DNA from: an uncultured Chloroflexia bacterium
GTDB lineage: Bacteria; Chloroflexota; Limnocylindria; QHBO01
DNA: 64,000 bases
Direction: 5' to 3'
Assembly (NCBI GenBank): GCA_963760875.1
Contig: CAVXEH010000017.1
Location: 20,690 to 84,689, forward strand
Each line of letters opens with the position of its first letter. Within the stretch, counting starts at the first letter, position 1. The notes beneath the pieces were generated by a model. It saw only the letters and a program-made list of their open reading frames with translations, did not search any database and had not been told where the DNA came from. Both the position numbers and the translations under genes were made by a program. Below are positions 37,827 through 50,515 of the stretch, in pieces.

Positions 37827-38500
37827 CGGCCTACGAGGTCACCGTGGCGGGGAACGGCGCGGTTCCGGCTGACGGCTGGGAGCTGACCTGGATCGACCGA
37901 TCCAACGGGGTTGCCCGGCTCAGTGATGGGACCACCTCGACGCTGGTGGTTGTCGAAGGATCCGGGAGCGACTGGCACGTGACCATCCGCGGCCGCCGCG
38001 TTCCCGTTGGGGTCCGGACCTGGCGCGAGCGGATGCTCGCCGATGCGGAGGTCGCCTCGCGCGCGACCGGCGGACCGACCGACGTCAAGGCGACGCTGCC
38101 CGGCCTGGTGGTGGTCATCGAGGTCGAGGAGGGGATGGACGTCGAGGAGGGCCAGCCGCTCCTGACCCTGGAGGCCATGAAGATGCAGAACGAGGTCCGC
38201 GCGCCGCGCGCCGGACGGATTGCCGCCATTGCCGTGTCGGCGGGCCAGGCGGTGGCCACCGGCGAGCTGCTGATCAGCATCGCGCAGCGCGGATCGGCCG
38301 TTGCCTCAGAGGCGGGGGCCGCTGGCCAATCGCCCCAGGAAGGCGACGAAGAGCGCAACCGCCACGGCCAGGACCAGGTCGAAGAGGAGGGAGACCTGGA
38401 ACCCGAACAGCTCGGTGCTCGGTCCTACCTCGATCCGGAGTCGATGGCCCGAGACGTACAGCGCGGCGAAGGCGGCCAGGATCGGGAGCAGCGGGCCTAG
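37823..38500 (+). CDS. Biotin carboxyl carrier protein (domain ends near 38284; frame runs on about 70 aa)
   Basis: EAMKM biotinylation motif; ATGA overlap with the upstream gene. Confidence 0.85.
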
Positions 38501-38596
38501 CGGCAGCCGCGAGCCCAGCAGCCACCAGGCCAGGAGCCCGGCGGCGATGGACGCGGCGGTGAATACGGCGAGGACGCCGAAGGCGGCGGCAGGCAT
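38306..38596 (-). CDS. Small membrane protein (about 3 TM)
   Basis: Hydrophobic [15 protein letters not shown]...[17 protein letters not shown]. Confidence 0.6.
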   Translation of the reverse strand: MPAAAFGVLAVFTAASIAAGLLAWWLLGSRLPLGPLLPILAAFAALYVSGHRLRIEVGPSTELFGFQVSLLFDLVLAVAVALFVAFLGRLASGPRL

Positions 38597-38681
38597 GGAT
38601 GACGAACCTTCCGAACGAGGCGGGGCGAGTGGGGCCTGCAGAGTCTGCCACGGCGCAGCCCCCGGTACAATCGCGCCTGCC

Positions 38682-40279
<1,598 letters not shown>

Positions 40280-40283
<4 letters not shown>

Positions 40284-40702
40284 CCGCGCGCCTGGGTCCC
40301 ATCGACCACGTGGCCGTCGTGGTCCGCTCCCTGGAGGAGGCGCTGCCCCGCTACCGCACCCTCTTCGGGCTGGAGTCGGAGGGCGAGCCCGTCAGCATGC
40401 CGGCACAGGCCGTGCGCCTCGCGTTCCTCGCCACCGGACCGTATCCGGCGGCCAGGATCGAGCTCATCGAGCCGCTGGACGGCGAGAGCGGCGTGGCCCG
40501 CTTCCTCGCCGCGCGTGGAGAGGGCCTCCACCACGTCTGCCTGCGCAGCAGCGACCTGCCGCGCGACCTGGCGGACCTCGCCGCCGCGGAGGCGGATCTC
40601 ATCGATGCTACGCCACGTCCTGGCGCCGAGGGACAGGTCGCCTTCGTCCACCCGCGCACCCTCAACGGGGTCCTCTGGGAGCTCCTGCAGCCGGGGGACT
40701 GA
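40280..40702 (+). CDS. mce: Methylmalonyl-CoA epimerase
   Basis: [27 protein letters not shown]...GVLWEL. Confidence 0.9.
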
Positions 40703-40750
40703 GCGCCCGGGCGACGCCGCCGGCACCCGATCGAAGGCGCGGCCAGGAGC

Positions 40751-41631
40751 TCAGCCGCGGACGCCCGCCCCGCGGAGCAGCTGGGGGATGTGGGACGGCG
40801 AGTCCGCCACCGCGATCCCGGCGGCCTCCAGCGCCTGGCGTTTCGACTCCGCGGTGCCCGACCCACCCGAGATGATGGCGCCGGCGTGGCCCATCCGACG
40901 CCCGGGAGGAGCCGTCCGGCCCGCGATGAAGGCCGCCATCGGCTTGCGCACCTCGCGCTTTACGAACGCCGCAGCCTTCTCCTCCTCCTCGCCCCCGATC
41001 TCGCCGATCATGACGATCGCCTCGGTCTGCGGGTCCTCGTTGAAGGCGGAGAGCACGTCGGTGAAGGTCGTCCCCACGATCGGGTCGCCTCCAATCCCCA
41101 CGCAGGTCGACTGGCCCATGCCCGCGTCGGTCATGGCCTGCACCACCTCGTAGGTCAGGGTGCCCGATCGGCTGACCAGGCCCACCGTTCCGGGCCGGTG
41201 GATGTCGTTGGGAATGATCCCCACCTTGGCCCGGTCGCCCACGCTGGTCAGCCCCGGGCAGTTGGGCCCGATGAGCCGTGTGCCCCGCTGCTTCAGCACG
41301 TGGTACACGCGCAGCATGTCGAGGGCCGGGATGTTCTCCGTGATGCAGACCACGAGGCCGATGCCCGCGTCGGCGGCCTCCAGGATGGCGTCTGGCGCGG
41401 CGGCGGCCGGGACGAAGATGCAGCTCGTGTTCGCGCCGGTCTCCCGGACCGCGTCGGCCACGGTGTCGAACACCGGAACCTTGCCGTCCAGTGCCGACTG
41501 GCCACCCTTGCCGGGGGTCATGCCCGCGACGATGTTGGTGCCGAACTCGAGCATGGCCTGCGAGTGGAACTCGCCCTCACGCCCGGTGATGCCCTGGACG
41601 ACAAGGCGCGTCTCGCCGTTGACCAGGATGC

Positions 41632-41635
<4 letters not shown>
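40751..41635 (-). CDS. sucD: Succinyl-CoA ligase alpha subunit
   Basis: [27 protein letters not shown]. Confidence 0.97.
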
Positions 41636-42780
<1,145 letters not shown>

Positions 42781-43070
42781 GCACTCTCCTGTCTTGACTG
42801 TGGCCCGCCGCGGCGCGCGCACGCAGCTCAGGGGCAGCAGCCGCAGGCGGGAACCTCCCGATTGTACCGTTGCAGCCCGCCGGCGATGTCCCAGCGATCC
42901 CATCCGCGAGCAGGTGGCCTGGATGAACGGGACGCGTCGAATCCTGGTCCTGCGCAGTTTCCCGGCGGTGCCTGCGTCAGCGGACACATCTCCGGGTGTG
43001 ATGCGCCGTAGACTGCGCGCCGTACGCCGGCGCTTTGACCGGCGGCACCATGAAGAGGATAGACTGGACC

Positions 43071-44081
43071 GTGAGCTATGCCGTCACGCTGATACCCGGG
43101 GACGGGATCGGGCCGGAGCTGTCGGAGGCCGGACGCACCGTACTGGAGGCGACGGGGATCGCCTTCGACTGGGACGTCCAGCAGGCCGGCGAGGCAACCA
43201 TTGCGACAGAGGGAACGCCGCTGCCCGACCGGGTCATCGAGAGCATCCGGCGCAACGGGGTTGCCATCAAGGGACCCATCACCACGCCGGTCGGTTCCGG
43301 CTTCCGCAGCGTCAACGTCGGGCTCCGCCAGACCCTGGAGCTGTACGCCAACGTACGGCCCGCGCGCAGCATGGCCGGGGTCGCATCCCGGTACGAGAAC
43401 GTCGATCTCATCATCGTCCGCGAGAACACCGAGGACCTGTACGCCGGCATCGAGCACCGCGTCGGACCGGACGCCGCCGAGAGCATCAAGATCATCACCC
43501 GCGCGGCCAGCCAGCGGATTGCCCGCTATGCATTCGAGTACGCGGTGCGCAACGGTCGCTCCAAGGTCACGGCCGTCCACAAGGCGAACATCATGAAGCT
43601 CTCCGATGGGCTCTTCCTGGAGAGCTGCCAGCAGGTCGCCGCCGACTACGAGGGCCGGGTGGGCTTCGAGGACCGCATCGTTGACAACATGTGCATGCAG
43701 CTGGTCCAGAAGCCCGAGCTCTACGACGTCATGGTCCTGCCAAACCTGTACGGCGACATCGTCAGCGACCTGTGCGCCGGCCTGGTGGGCGGCCTGGGCG
43801 TGGCTCCCGGCGCGAACATCGGTGACAAGGCCGCAGTGTTCGAGCCGGTCCACGGCTCAGCCCCCAAGTACGCGGGCCAGAACAAGGCCAACCCCACGGC
43901 GCTGATCCTCTCCGGCGCCCTCATGCTCCGGCACCTCGGCGAGATCGCCGCGGCCGATGCCGTGGAGACCGCGGTGCGCGACGTCATCGCCGAGGGACAG
44001 ACCGTCACGTACGACCTGGGCGGAACCGCCGGTACCCGCGAGTTCGGCGACGCGGTGGCGGCACGGGTTCGCGGGGCCTAG
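43071..44081 (+). CDS. icd: Isocitrate/isopropylmalate-family dehydrogenase, probably NAD-dependent IDH
   Basis: [54 protein letters not shown]; TCA context. Confidence 0.88.
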   Translation: MSYAVTLIPGDGIGPELSEAGRTVLEATGIAFDWDVQQAGEATIATEGTPLPDRVIESIRRNGVAIKGPITTPVGSGFRSVNVGLRQTLELYANVRPARSMAGVASRYENVDLIIVRENTEDLYAGIEHRVGPDAAESIKIITRAASQRIARYAFEYAVRNGRSKVTAVHKANIMKLSDGLFLESCQQVAADYEGRVGFEDRIVDNMCMQLVQKPELYDVMVLPNLYGDIVSDLCAGLVGGLGVAPGANIGDKAAVFEPVHGSAPKYAGQNKANPTALILSGALMLRHLGEIAAADAVETAVRDVIAEGQTVTYDLGGTAGTREFGDAVAARVRGA

Positions 44082-44189
44082 CGCGCCGTGCCGCGCTAGA
44101 ATCGGAGCGCCCGACGTTTCAGCTGCGGAGCGCCTCCCGGTGCCGCGCGCCGCGAGGACGAGAGTGCGAAAGGGGATGATCTGAGCGGG

Positions 44190-44558
44190 ATGTTCCGCTA
44201 CCGCGTGTCCTGGGCACAGCTGGCCTGGTTCGGCCATCGCCTCTCCGGCGTCGGCGTCCTGCTGTTCCTGTTCCTACACATCGTCGAGACTGCCACGGTC
44301 TCCTTCGGGCCGGACGTCTACAACTGGACGCAGACCCTCTATAACAACCTCCCCATGCGCCTCCTCGAAGTGCTCCTTATGGCAGCGGTGGTGTACCACT
44401 CGCTCAATGGCCTTCGGGTGATCGCCATGGACTTCTGGCCGCGTCTGACGATCTACTACCGCGGGCTGACCTATGCCGTGGTCAGCACAACGGTCGTGGC
44501 CATGATCCCCCTGGGTGTGATCATGATCACGCCGTTCATGCCGTGGGGCCACGCATGA
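44190..44558 (+). CDS. sdhC: Succinate dehydrogenase cytochrome b subunit
   Basis: HRLSG, LHI, YHSLNGLR heme-ligand motifs. Confidence 0.9.
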   Translation: MFRYRVSWAQLAWFGHRLSGVGVLLFLFLHIVETATVSFGPDVYNWTQTLYNNLPMRLLEVLLMAAVVYHSLNGLRVIAMDFWPRLTIYYRGLTYAVVSTTVVAMIPLGVIMITPFMPWGHA

Positions 44559-45031
44559 GCCGCGAGCGGACTATCTACCTGTCGGGGAGCAACCCGTCGC
44601 AGGCCGCCAAGACCCGTCCGGAGAACCCGGGCTTCGAGCGGTTCATGTGGTACTTCATGCGGATCAGCGGCCTGCTGCTCGTCTTCCTCGCGCTCGGCCA
44701 CATGATCATCATGCACGTCGTAACCGAGATCACCGGCCAGGAGGTCAACTTTGCCTTCGTCACCAGCCGATGGGGCACCCCCTTCTGGCGGATCTACGAC
44801 CTGCTCCTCCTCCTTCTCGCCCTGGTCCACGGGGTCAACGGGGCCCGGATCGTCATCGGTGACTACGTTCACCGCGGCGGGTGGCGGACCTTCCTCCTGA
44901 TCGGCCTCGGAGCGTTCACGCTCGTCTGGCTGCTGCTGGGGATCTTCGTGGTCATCGCGTTCAACCCGGCAGCCGCCCCGGCTGGCGCCGGCCCCCTGGG
45001 GCTGGTCACTGGCCTGCTGGTGGCTGCGTAG
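44555..45031 (+). CDS. sdhD: Succinate dehydrogenase membrane anchor
   Basis: WYFMRISG, LVHGVNGARIVIGDY. Confidence 0.9.
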   Translation: MSRERTIYLSGSNPSQAAKTRPENPGFERFMWYFMRISGLLLVFLALGHMIIMHVVTEITGQEVNFAFVTSRWGTPFWRIYDLLLLLLALVHGVNGARIVIGDYVHRGGWRTFLLIGLGAFTLVWLLLGIFVVIAFNPAAAPAGAGPLGLVTGLLVAA

Positions 45032-45035
45032 GCCC

Positions 45036-46838
45036 ATGGCGAACGCACAGCGCTACGCGCCGCCGCCGGGACTCAACGTCCACGAGCTCGATGCCGTCGT
45101 CATTGGCGCCGGCGGCGCGGGCCTGTACGCCGCCCTGGAGCTCAAGAAGGACCTGGGAGCCACCGGGAAGGTGGCCGTCGTGAGCAAGCTCTACCCATCG
45201 CGATCGCACACCGGCGCGGCCCAGGGCGGCGTATGCGCCGCGCTCGGCAACACCGAGGAGGACCACTGGGAGTGGCACTGGTTCGACACCGTCAAGGGCG
45301 GTGACTACCTGGTCGACCAGGACGCGGCCGAGGTGATGTGCCACGACGCCATCGAGACGATCATCAACCTCGAGCACCTGGGCATGCCCTTCGATCGGAC
45401 GCCGGAGGGCCTCATCGACCAGCGGCGCTTCGGCGGTCACAGCCGCAACTACGGCGAGGCGCCGGTCCGTCGCAGCTGCTACGCCGCCGATCGCACCGGG
45501 CACGCGATCCTCTACACGCTGTACCAGCAGTGCATCGCCCACGAGATCGACTTCTTCGACGAGTTCCAGGTGCTCGACCTGCTCATGCCGGCGGGCCCGG
45601 ACGGGCCGGTCAGCGGCGTGGTGGCCATGGAGCTGGCGACATCGGAGATCCACGTCTTCCGGGCGCGGGCGGTCCTCTTCGCCACGGGCGGCTACGGCAA
45701 GCTGTTCAAGGTCACCACCAACGCCCATACCCTGACCGGCGACGGGATGGCGATCGCCTACCGTCGCGGGCTGCCCCTGGAGGACCTGGAGTTCTACCAG
45801 TTCCACCCCACCGGCATGTACAGGCTGGGGTTCCTCCTCTCCGAGGCCATGCGTGGCGAGGGCGGCGTCCTCCTCAACGATAAGGGCGAGCGGTTCATGG
45901 AACGCTACGCGCCCACCATGAAGGACCTCGCCAGCCGCGACGTGGTGAGCCGATCCATTTACCTGGAGATCGCCGAGGGGCGGGGGATCGGCGGCAAGGA
46001 CTACGTCCATCTCGACGTGCGCCACCTGGGCGACGAGGTGCTCAACAAGAAGCTGCCGGACATGACCGGCTTCATCAAGACCTACTTCGGCCTGGATCCG
46101 CTCCACGACCTGGTGCCCATCCAGCCCACGGCGCACTACGCCATGGGCGGCATCCCGACGGACGTCGACGGCCGGGTGCTGGGCGCCCTGACCGCGGACG
46201 AGAAGCAGGCCGTGGTGCCCGGCTTCTATGCGGCGGGGGAGTGTGCCTGCGTCAGCGTGCACGGCGGGAACCGCTTGGGAACGAACTCCCTGCTCGACCT
46301 GCTGGTGTTCGGTCGTCGTGCCGGCATCGCCATGGCGCAGTACCTGCGCAGCGCACCGGCCAGCGAGCCGGATCCGGAGGCGGAGCGCGCCGTCGGCGAG
46401 CAGATCGCCGCGCTCATGAGCTCCACCGACGGCGAGCGGCCGGCCGCCATTCGTGAAGCGCTCCAGGCAGTCATGTTCGACAAGTGCGGTGTCTTCCGCA
46501 CGCGCGAGCTGCTGACGGAGGCCCGTGACGTCGTCGCGGGGCTGCGTGAGCGCGCCCGTCACCTCCACGTCGAGGACAAGGGCTGCCGCTACAACACGGA
46601 CCTCGTCGACGCCCTCGAGCTGGACTACCTGCTCGACATCGGCGAGGCGACGGTGGCCTCGGCGCTGGCGCGCACCGAGAGCAGAGGCGCGCACGCGCGC
46701 GAGGACTTCCCCGACCGCGACGACGCTGGCTGGCTGAAGCACACCCTGGCCTGGCGAGGCGCCGATGGCCGCGAGCCCCGGCTCGGCTACAAGCCGGTGA
46801 CGATCACCAAGTTCCAGCCCAAGCCGCGCGTCTACTGA
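45036..46838 (+). CDS. sdhA: Succinate dehydrogenase flavoprotein
   Basis: GAGGAG, RSHTGAAQGG, QFHPT, HYAMGG, VHGGNRLGTNSL, ESRGAH. Confidence 0.97.
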   Translation: MANAQRYAPPPGLNVHELDAVVIGAGGAGLYAALELKKDLGATGKVAVVSKLYPSRSHTGAAQGGVCAALGNTEEDHWEWHWFDTVKGGDYLVDQDAAEVMCHDAIETIINLEHLGMPFDRTPEGLIDQRRFGGHSRNYGEAPVRRSCYAADRTGHAILYTLYQQCIAHEIDFFDEFQVLDLLMPAGPDGPVSGVVAMELATSEIHVFRARAVLFATGGYGKLFKVTTNAHTLTGDGMAIAYRRGLPLEDLEFYQFHPTGMYRLGFLLSEAMRGEGGVLLNDKGERFMERYAPTMKDLASRDVVSRSIYLEIAEGRGIGGKDYVHLDVRHLGDEVLNKKLPDMTGFIKTYFGLDPLHDLVPIQPTAHYAMGGIPTDVDGRVLGALTADEKQAVVPGFYAAGECACVSVHGGNRLGTNSLLDLLVFGRRAGIAMAQYLRSAPASEPDPEAERAVGEQIAALMSSTDGERPAAIREALQAVMFDKCGVFRTRELLTEARDVVAGLRERARHLHVEDKGCRYNTDLVDALELDYLLDIGEATVASALARTESRGAHAREDFPDRDDAGWLKHTLAWRGADGREPRLGYKPVTITKFQPKPRVY

Positions 46839-46842
46839 GCCA

Positions 46843-47544
46843 ATGGACGTCCAGCTGCGCATCCGCCGCTACAACCCGGAGCTCGATCGCGAGCCGCACT
46901 GGGAGGAGTACCGCGTCGAAGCAGAGCCGTCGGACCGTGTCCTGGACCTCCTGCAACAGGTGAAGTGGTACCAGGACGGCACGCTGACGTTCCGACGATC
47001 GTGCGGCCACGGGGTCTGCGGATCGGACGCCATGCTGATCAACGGGCGGAATCGACTGGCCTGCGAGTACCTCGTAAAGGACGCCGGCCGCAAGATCACG
47101 GTCGAGGCCCTGCGCGGACTGCCGGTGGAGAAGGACCTCCTGGTCGACCAGACCAGCTTCTGGGAGAAGTACCGCGCTGCCATGCCGTACCTGGTGAACG
47201 ACGAGGTGCCCGCCGACGGCAAGGAACGTCGCCAGTCGCAGGCGGACCGCGCGAAGTACGAGGACACCTCGCGCTGCATCACCTGCGGGGCCTGCACGAC
47301 CGGGTGCCCGGTGTTCTGGACGAACGGCGACTACATCGGCCCCGCCGCCATCGTCAACGCCCACCGCTTCATCATGGACACCCGCGACCACGCTCACGAG
47401 GAGCGCCTGCAGATCATGGCCGACGCCGACGGGGTGTGGCGTTGCCGGACCGTCTTCAACTGCGTGGAAGCCTGCCCGCGGGGAATCAACATCACACGCG
47501 CCATCCTGGAGGTGACGCAGGCGATCCAGGGCGGACGTGGCTGA
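46843..47544 (+). CDS. sdhB: Succinate dehydrogenase iron-sulfur subunit
   Basis: RSCGHGVCGSD, CITCGACTTGCP, CRTVFNCVEACP. Confidence 0.97.
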   Translation: MDVQLRIRRYNPELDREPHWEEYRVEAEPSDRVLDLLQQVKWYQDGTLTFRRSCGHGVCGSDAMLINGRNRLACEYLVKDAGRKITVEALRGLPVEKDLLVDQTSFWEKYRAAMPYLVNDEVPADGKERRQSQADRAKYEDTSRCITCGACTTGCPVFWTNGDYIGPAAIVNAHRFIMDTRDHAHEERLQIMADADGVWRCRTVFNCVEACPRGINITRAILEVTQAIQGGRG

Positions 47545-47971
47545 GGCCGGTCGCGGCCTTCGCCTGCTGATCCATACCGATGGCGCGGCCCGGGGCAACC
47601 CGGGCCCTGCCGGCCTGGGCGCCATCCTTCGCGACGCGGAAACCGGTGAGACGGTGGCAGAGCTCGCCACCTACCTCGGATTCCGGACGAACAACTATGC
47701 GGAGTGGACCGCGGTGGAGGCCGCGCTGCGCAGGGCGCTGGAGCTGGGCGCGACGCACGTCGATCTGCGCATGGACTCGCAGCTCGTCGCTCGCCAGATC
47801 ACGGGCAGGTACCGGGTCAAGCACGCCGATCTCAAGCCCATCCACGCCCGGGTCATGGCGCTGCTCTCACGGTTCGAGGGATATACCGTCGGCCACGTTC
47901 CGCGTGAGCTGAACAAGGACGCCGATCGCCTGAGCAACGTCGCCATCGACCAGCCGCGCACGGACCCCTGA
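47537..47971 (+). CDS. rnhA: Ribonuclease HI
   Basis: TDGAARGNPG, TNNYAE, DSQLV, HVPRELNKDADRLSN. Confidence 0.92.
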   Translation: MAEAGRGLRLLIHTDGAARGNPGPAGLGAILRDAETGETVAELATYLGFRTNNYAEWTAVEAALRRALELGATHVDLRMDSQLVARQITGRYRVKHADLKPIHARVMALLSRFEGYTVGHVPRELNKDADRLSNVAIDQPRTDP

Positions 47972-48023
47972 GCGGGCCGGGGCGGCCGCTTCCGAACAGG
48001 CGTTCGGCCGCGTACAATGCGGC

Positions 48024-48351
48024 TCCCTGGAGGCGGCCGGACGGCCGCGGGCGCGATCGTCGAAAGGCGGCGTCCGAGGAAAGTCCGAGCTCCACAGAGC
48101 AGGCTCGCGGGTAACGCCCGTCCGCCGTGAGGCGAGGACCAGCGCCACAGTGACGATGCCCGCGCAAGCGGGAGTGAAACGCGGCAAGCTCGAGCCGGAG
48201 CAAGACCGAATAGGAGGGCGAAACCCGGCGTTCGCGCCGGAACAGGCTGCTCGTCCAGCCCTCGGGTGGGTCGCACAGATGGATGGCCGTCCCCGACCGG
48301 TGGAGACATCGGCGCGGGACAGAACTCGGCTTACAGGCCGCGCTCCAGGGA
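48024..48351 (+). ncRNA. rnpB: RNase P RNA
   Basis: GAGGAAAGTCC and ACAGAACTCGGCTTA P4 motifs; terminal stem TCCCTGGAG/CTCCAGGGA; TACAAT at 48013-48018. Confidence 0.95.
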
Positions 48352-48400
48352 CTCAGCCGGCTTGCCGGCCTGCGCGCCCGGCCTGCGCGTCGTCAGCTCC

Positions 48401-48628
48401 CTAGTCTTCGTCGGCGCGCCAGACGGTCGTCGCGGTGCATGCCCTGCAGATGGGCCGTGCCTCGTCCATGGTTCCCAGCGGGAGAGGGTGCTCGCGTCCG
48501 CCAAGCAGGCAATCCACCTGGACGCGGCCGCCCGGCAGAATGGCGACGTGGCGCACGCTGCAGCGCCGGATCCGACCCCCGCGCGGGATCGGCGTGCGCT
48601 CCCCCGGTCGGATCTGTTCGACTGCCAC
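48401..48628 (-). CDS. Small four-Cys hypothetical protein
   Basis: GGAGG RBS then GTG; C-x16-C-x20-CxxC; acidic end WRADED. Confidence 0.65.
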   Translation of the reverse strand: MAVEQIRPGERTPIPRGGRIRRCSVRHVAILPGGRVQVDCLLGGREHPLPLGTMDEARPICRACTATTVWRADED

Positions 48629-48838
48629 AGGTCATCCTCCCCGGCATCGGTGCCATGCGACACCGCGCCATGAACAGCCTAGGGAGAACCTCCGCCGCGG
48701 CTCAATGAGGTATTGGTACCCCCGCGGTCACCCTACCGCGGGTCATCGCGCGCCCGCAGGGAGGGACGCTAGACTCACACCCGGCCGGCGAAGGTCACCG
48801 CGTGATCGGCGACGTCGGCGCCTGCGAGAGGAGGGACC

Positions 48839-49777
48839 GTGTTCGGTCGTCGAAAGCGCAAGGAGCAGGCAGAGGAGTCTGCCCGCGAGGACGAGCGCCG
48901 CGCCCTCTTCGCCCAGCTTGCGAAGCGGCCCGACACCGTGTGTCCCTTCCTGGGCCTGGCGGACGCGCGGGCCGACTACCGCCCGGAGCCGAACGGGGAG
49001 CACCGCTGCTACGCCTTTGGCGATCCGGCGCCGCTCTCCGATGAGCAGCAGCGGCACGTGTGCCTGGAGCGCGGATACTCCAACTGCCCGCGCTACCTGC
49101 GCGGCGTTCTCGTCATCCCGTCCGAGGAGCTCGAGGCCCTCCGGCGCCCGCAGGCACCCGCACCGCCGCCGCCCGCGCCGGCTCCGTCCGGCGGAGGCCG
49201 ACGCCGGGGTCTGGTTCTCGTCGGGTTCCTGGTCATCCTCATCGCCGCCGTGGGTGCCGGCGGCTGGTACCTCCTGAACGGCCATGGCATTCCCATCGCG
49301 GGAGGTCCCACGGCCTCGCCGACGGCCACCCCGTTGGCCACCCAGGTCGCCACGCCCTCGGAGGTCGCCACCGCGACGGCAGCAGCGACGGCATCGGCAC
49401 CGCCCAGCGCGGGGCCCACCCCGACGCCCGAGCCCACGCCGGCACCGGCGGACCATTTCGACCACTGGGAGGTCGGCGTCGGGCCCAAGCATTACACGCT
49501 CTTCGCGGTCGATCCCCAGAAGGGCATCACCGACTCGCGCGACATCACGTTCGGAGACTTCTCCCGCGCGCCGGTCATTCCGGGCAAGACCGCCGGTGGT
49601 CTCGTCTACTGGGATACGAGCGCGGGTGACCTGACCGGCTTCTCCTACATCTACGGCCAGTCCGGCGACTTCCAGCTTCGCGAGGTCTTCCTGACACCGC
49701 AGGGACAGCGACGGGTCGTCGTCATGACCGCGGAGCAGGCCACGACCTACCCCCAGGCAACGCCCGCCCCTCGCTGA
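48839..49777 (+). CDS. Bitopic membrane protein: N-terminal Cys/His domain, TM helix, Pro/Thr/Ala linker, unknown outer domain
   Basis: GGAGG RBS; CPFLGL...HRCY...HVCL...CPRY. Confidence 0.75.
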   Translation: MFGRRKRKEQAEESAREDERRALFAQLAKRPDTVCPFLGLADARADYRPEPNGEHRCYAFGDPAPLSDEQQRHVCLERGYSNCPRYLRGVLVIPSEELEALRRPQAPAPPPPAPAPSGGGRRRGLVLVGFLVILIAAVGAGGWYLLNGHGIPIAGGPTASPTATPLATQVATPSEVATATAAATASAPPSAGPTPTPEPTPAPADHFDHWEVGVGPKHYTLFAVDPQKGITDSRDITFGDFSRAPVIPGKTAGGLVYWDTSAGDLTGFSYIYGQSGDFQLREVFLTPQGQRRVVVMTAEQATTYPQATPAPR

Positions 49778-49902
49778 CCCGCGGCCCCATCGCGGGTCGG
49801 TTCATCGCGTCCGGCCGCGGCGACTCCAGCCCGTTGCAGGCCCGCTCGGCGAGGCCGCGCGTCCCCGGTACGAATTTCCCAACCCATCTGCGCCGAAATC
49901 CC

Positions 49903-49975
49903 TTGACGGGCAGTGCCTGCCCTGTAGAATGGCGCCCTGTGGGTCCAAATGGGGCCAAATGGGGAACAGTGGTGA
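49903..49975 (+). promoter_or_regulatory. dcw (mraZ) promoter with MraZ-binding repeats
   Basis: TTGACG-N16-TAGAAT, then TGGG at 49940, 49950, 49960 and TGGT at 49970 (10-bp period). Confidence 0.8.
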
Positions 49976-49984
49976 AACCCACGC

Positions 49985-50434
49985 ATGGCGCAGGCATCGT
50001 TTCTTACCGGTGAGTTCCGGCACGCGCTCGACGACCGTGGTCGCGTTGCGATCCCGTCGCGTTTTCGCGGCCGGCTGGCCGAGGGCGCCACGCTGGCACG
50101 CTGGCTCGACCGCTGCCTGGGCGTCTTCCCGGCGGAGGAGTGGAACGTCCTCGCCGCCAAGATCCGCGCCCTGCCAATGACGAACCCGAATGCGCGCGAG
50201 TTCGCGCGCTTCATGTCATCGGGTGCGGTCGACGTGGAGCTCGACCGCCAGGGTCGCCTGCTGGTGCCGTCCTACCTGCGCGAGTACGCGGGGCTGACTG
50301 AGGGCGAGGTGGTCGTGGTGGGAGCGCTCGACCGGCTCGAGATCTGGTCGCCATCGGCATGGCAGCCGTACCGGACCCGGATCGAGGACGCGCCGGAGGA
50401 GCTGGCGGCTCACCTGTCTGAGCTCGGGATCTAG
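49985..50434 (+). CDS. mraZ: Division/cell-wall cluster repressor
   Basis: LDDRGRVAIPSRFR and LDRQGRLLVP...LEIW. Confidence 0.95.
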   Translation: MAQASFLTGEFRHALDDRGRVAIPSRFRGRLAEGATLARWLDRCLGVFPAEEWNVLAAKIRALPMTNPNAREFARFMSSGAVDVELDRQGRLLVPSYLREYAGLTEGEVVVVGALDRLEIWSPSAWQPYRTRIEDAPEELAAHLSELGI

Positions 50435-50515
50435 GACGCGCAATGCCATGACGCACGTTGCGCGGTCCCCATTCATGCGTCTCCGGGCCGGTCGGCCCGT
50501 CATTCGACCTGAGAG

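Noticed and set aside
49300-49450. Tandem repeat element
   Set aside because: Low-complexity Pro/Thr/Ala linker coding sequence, not a DNA repeat family
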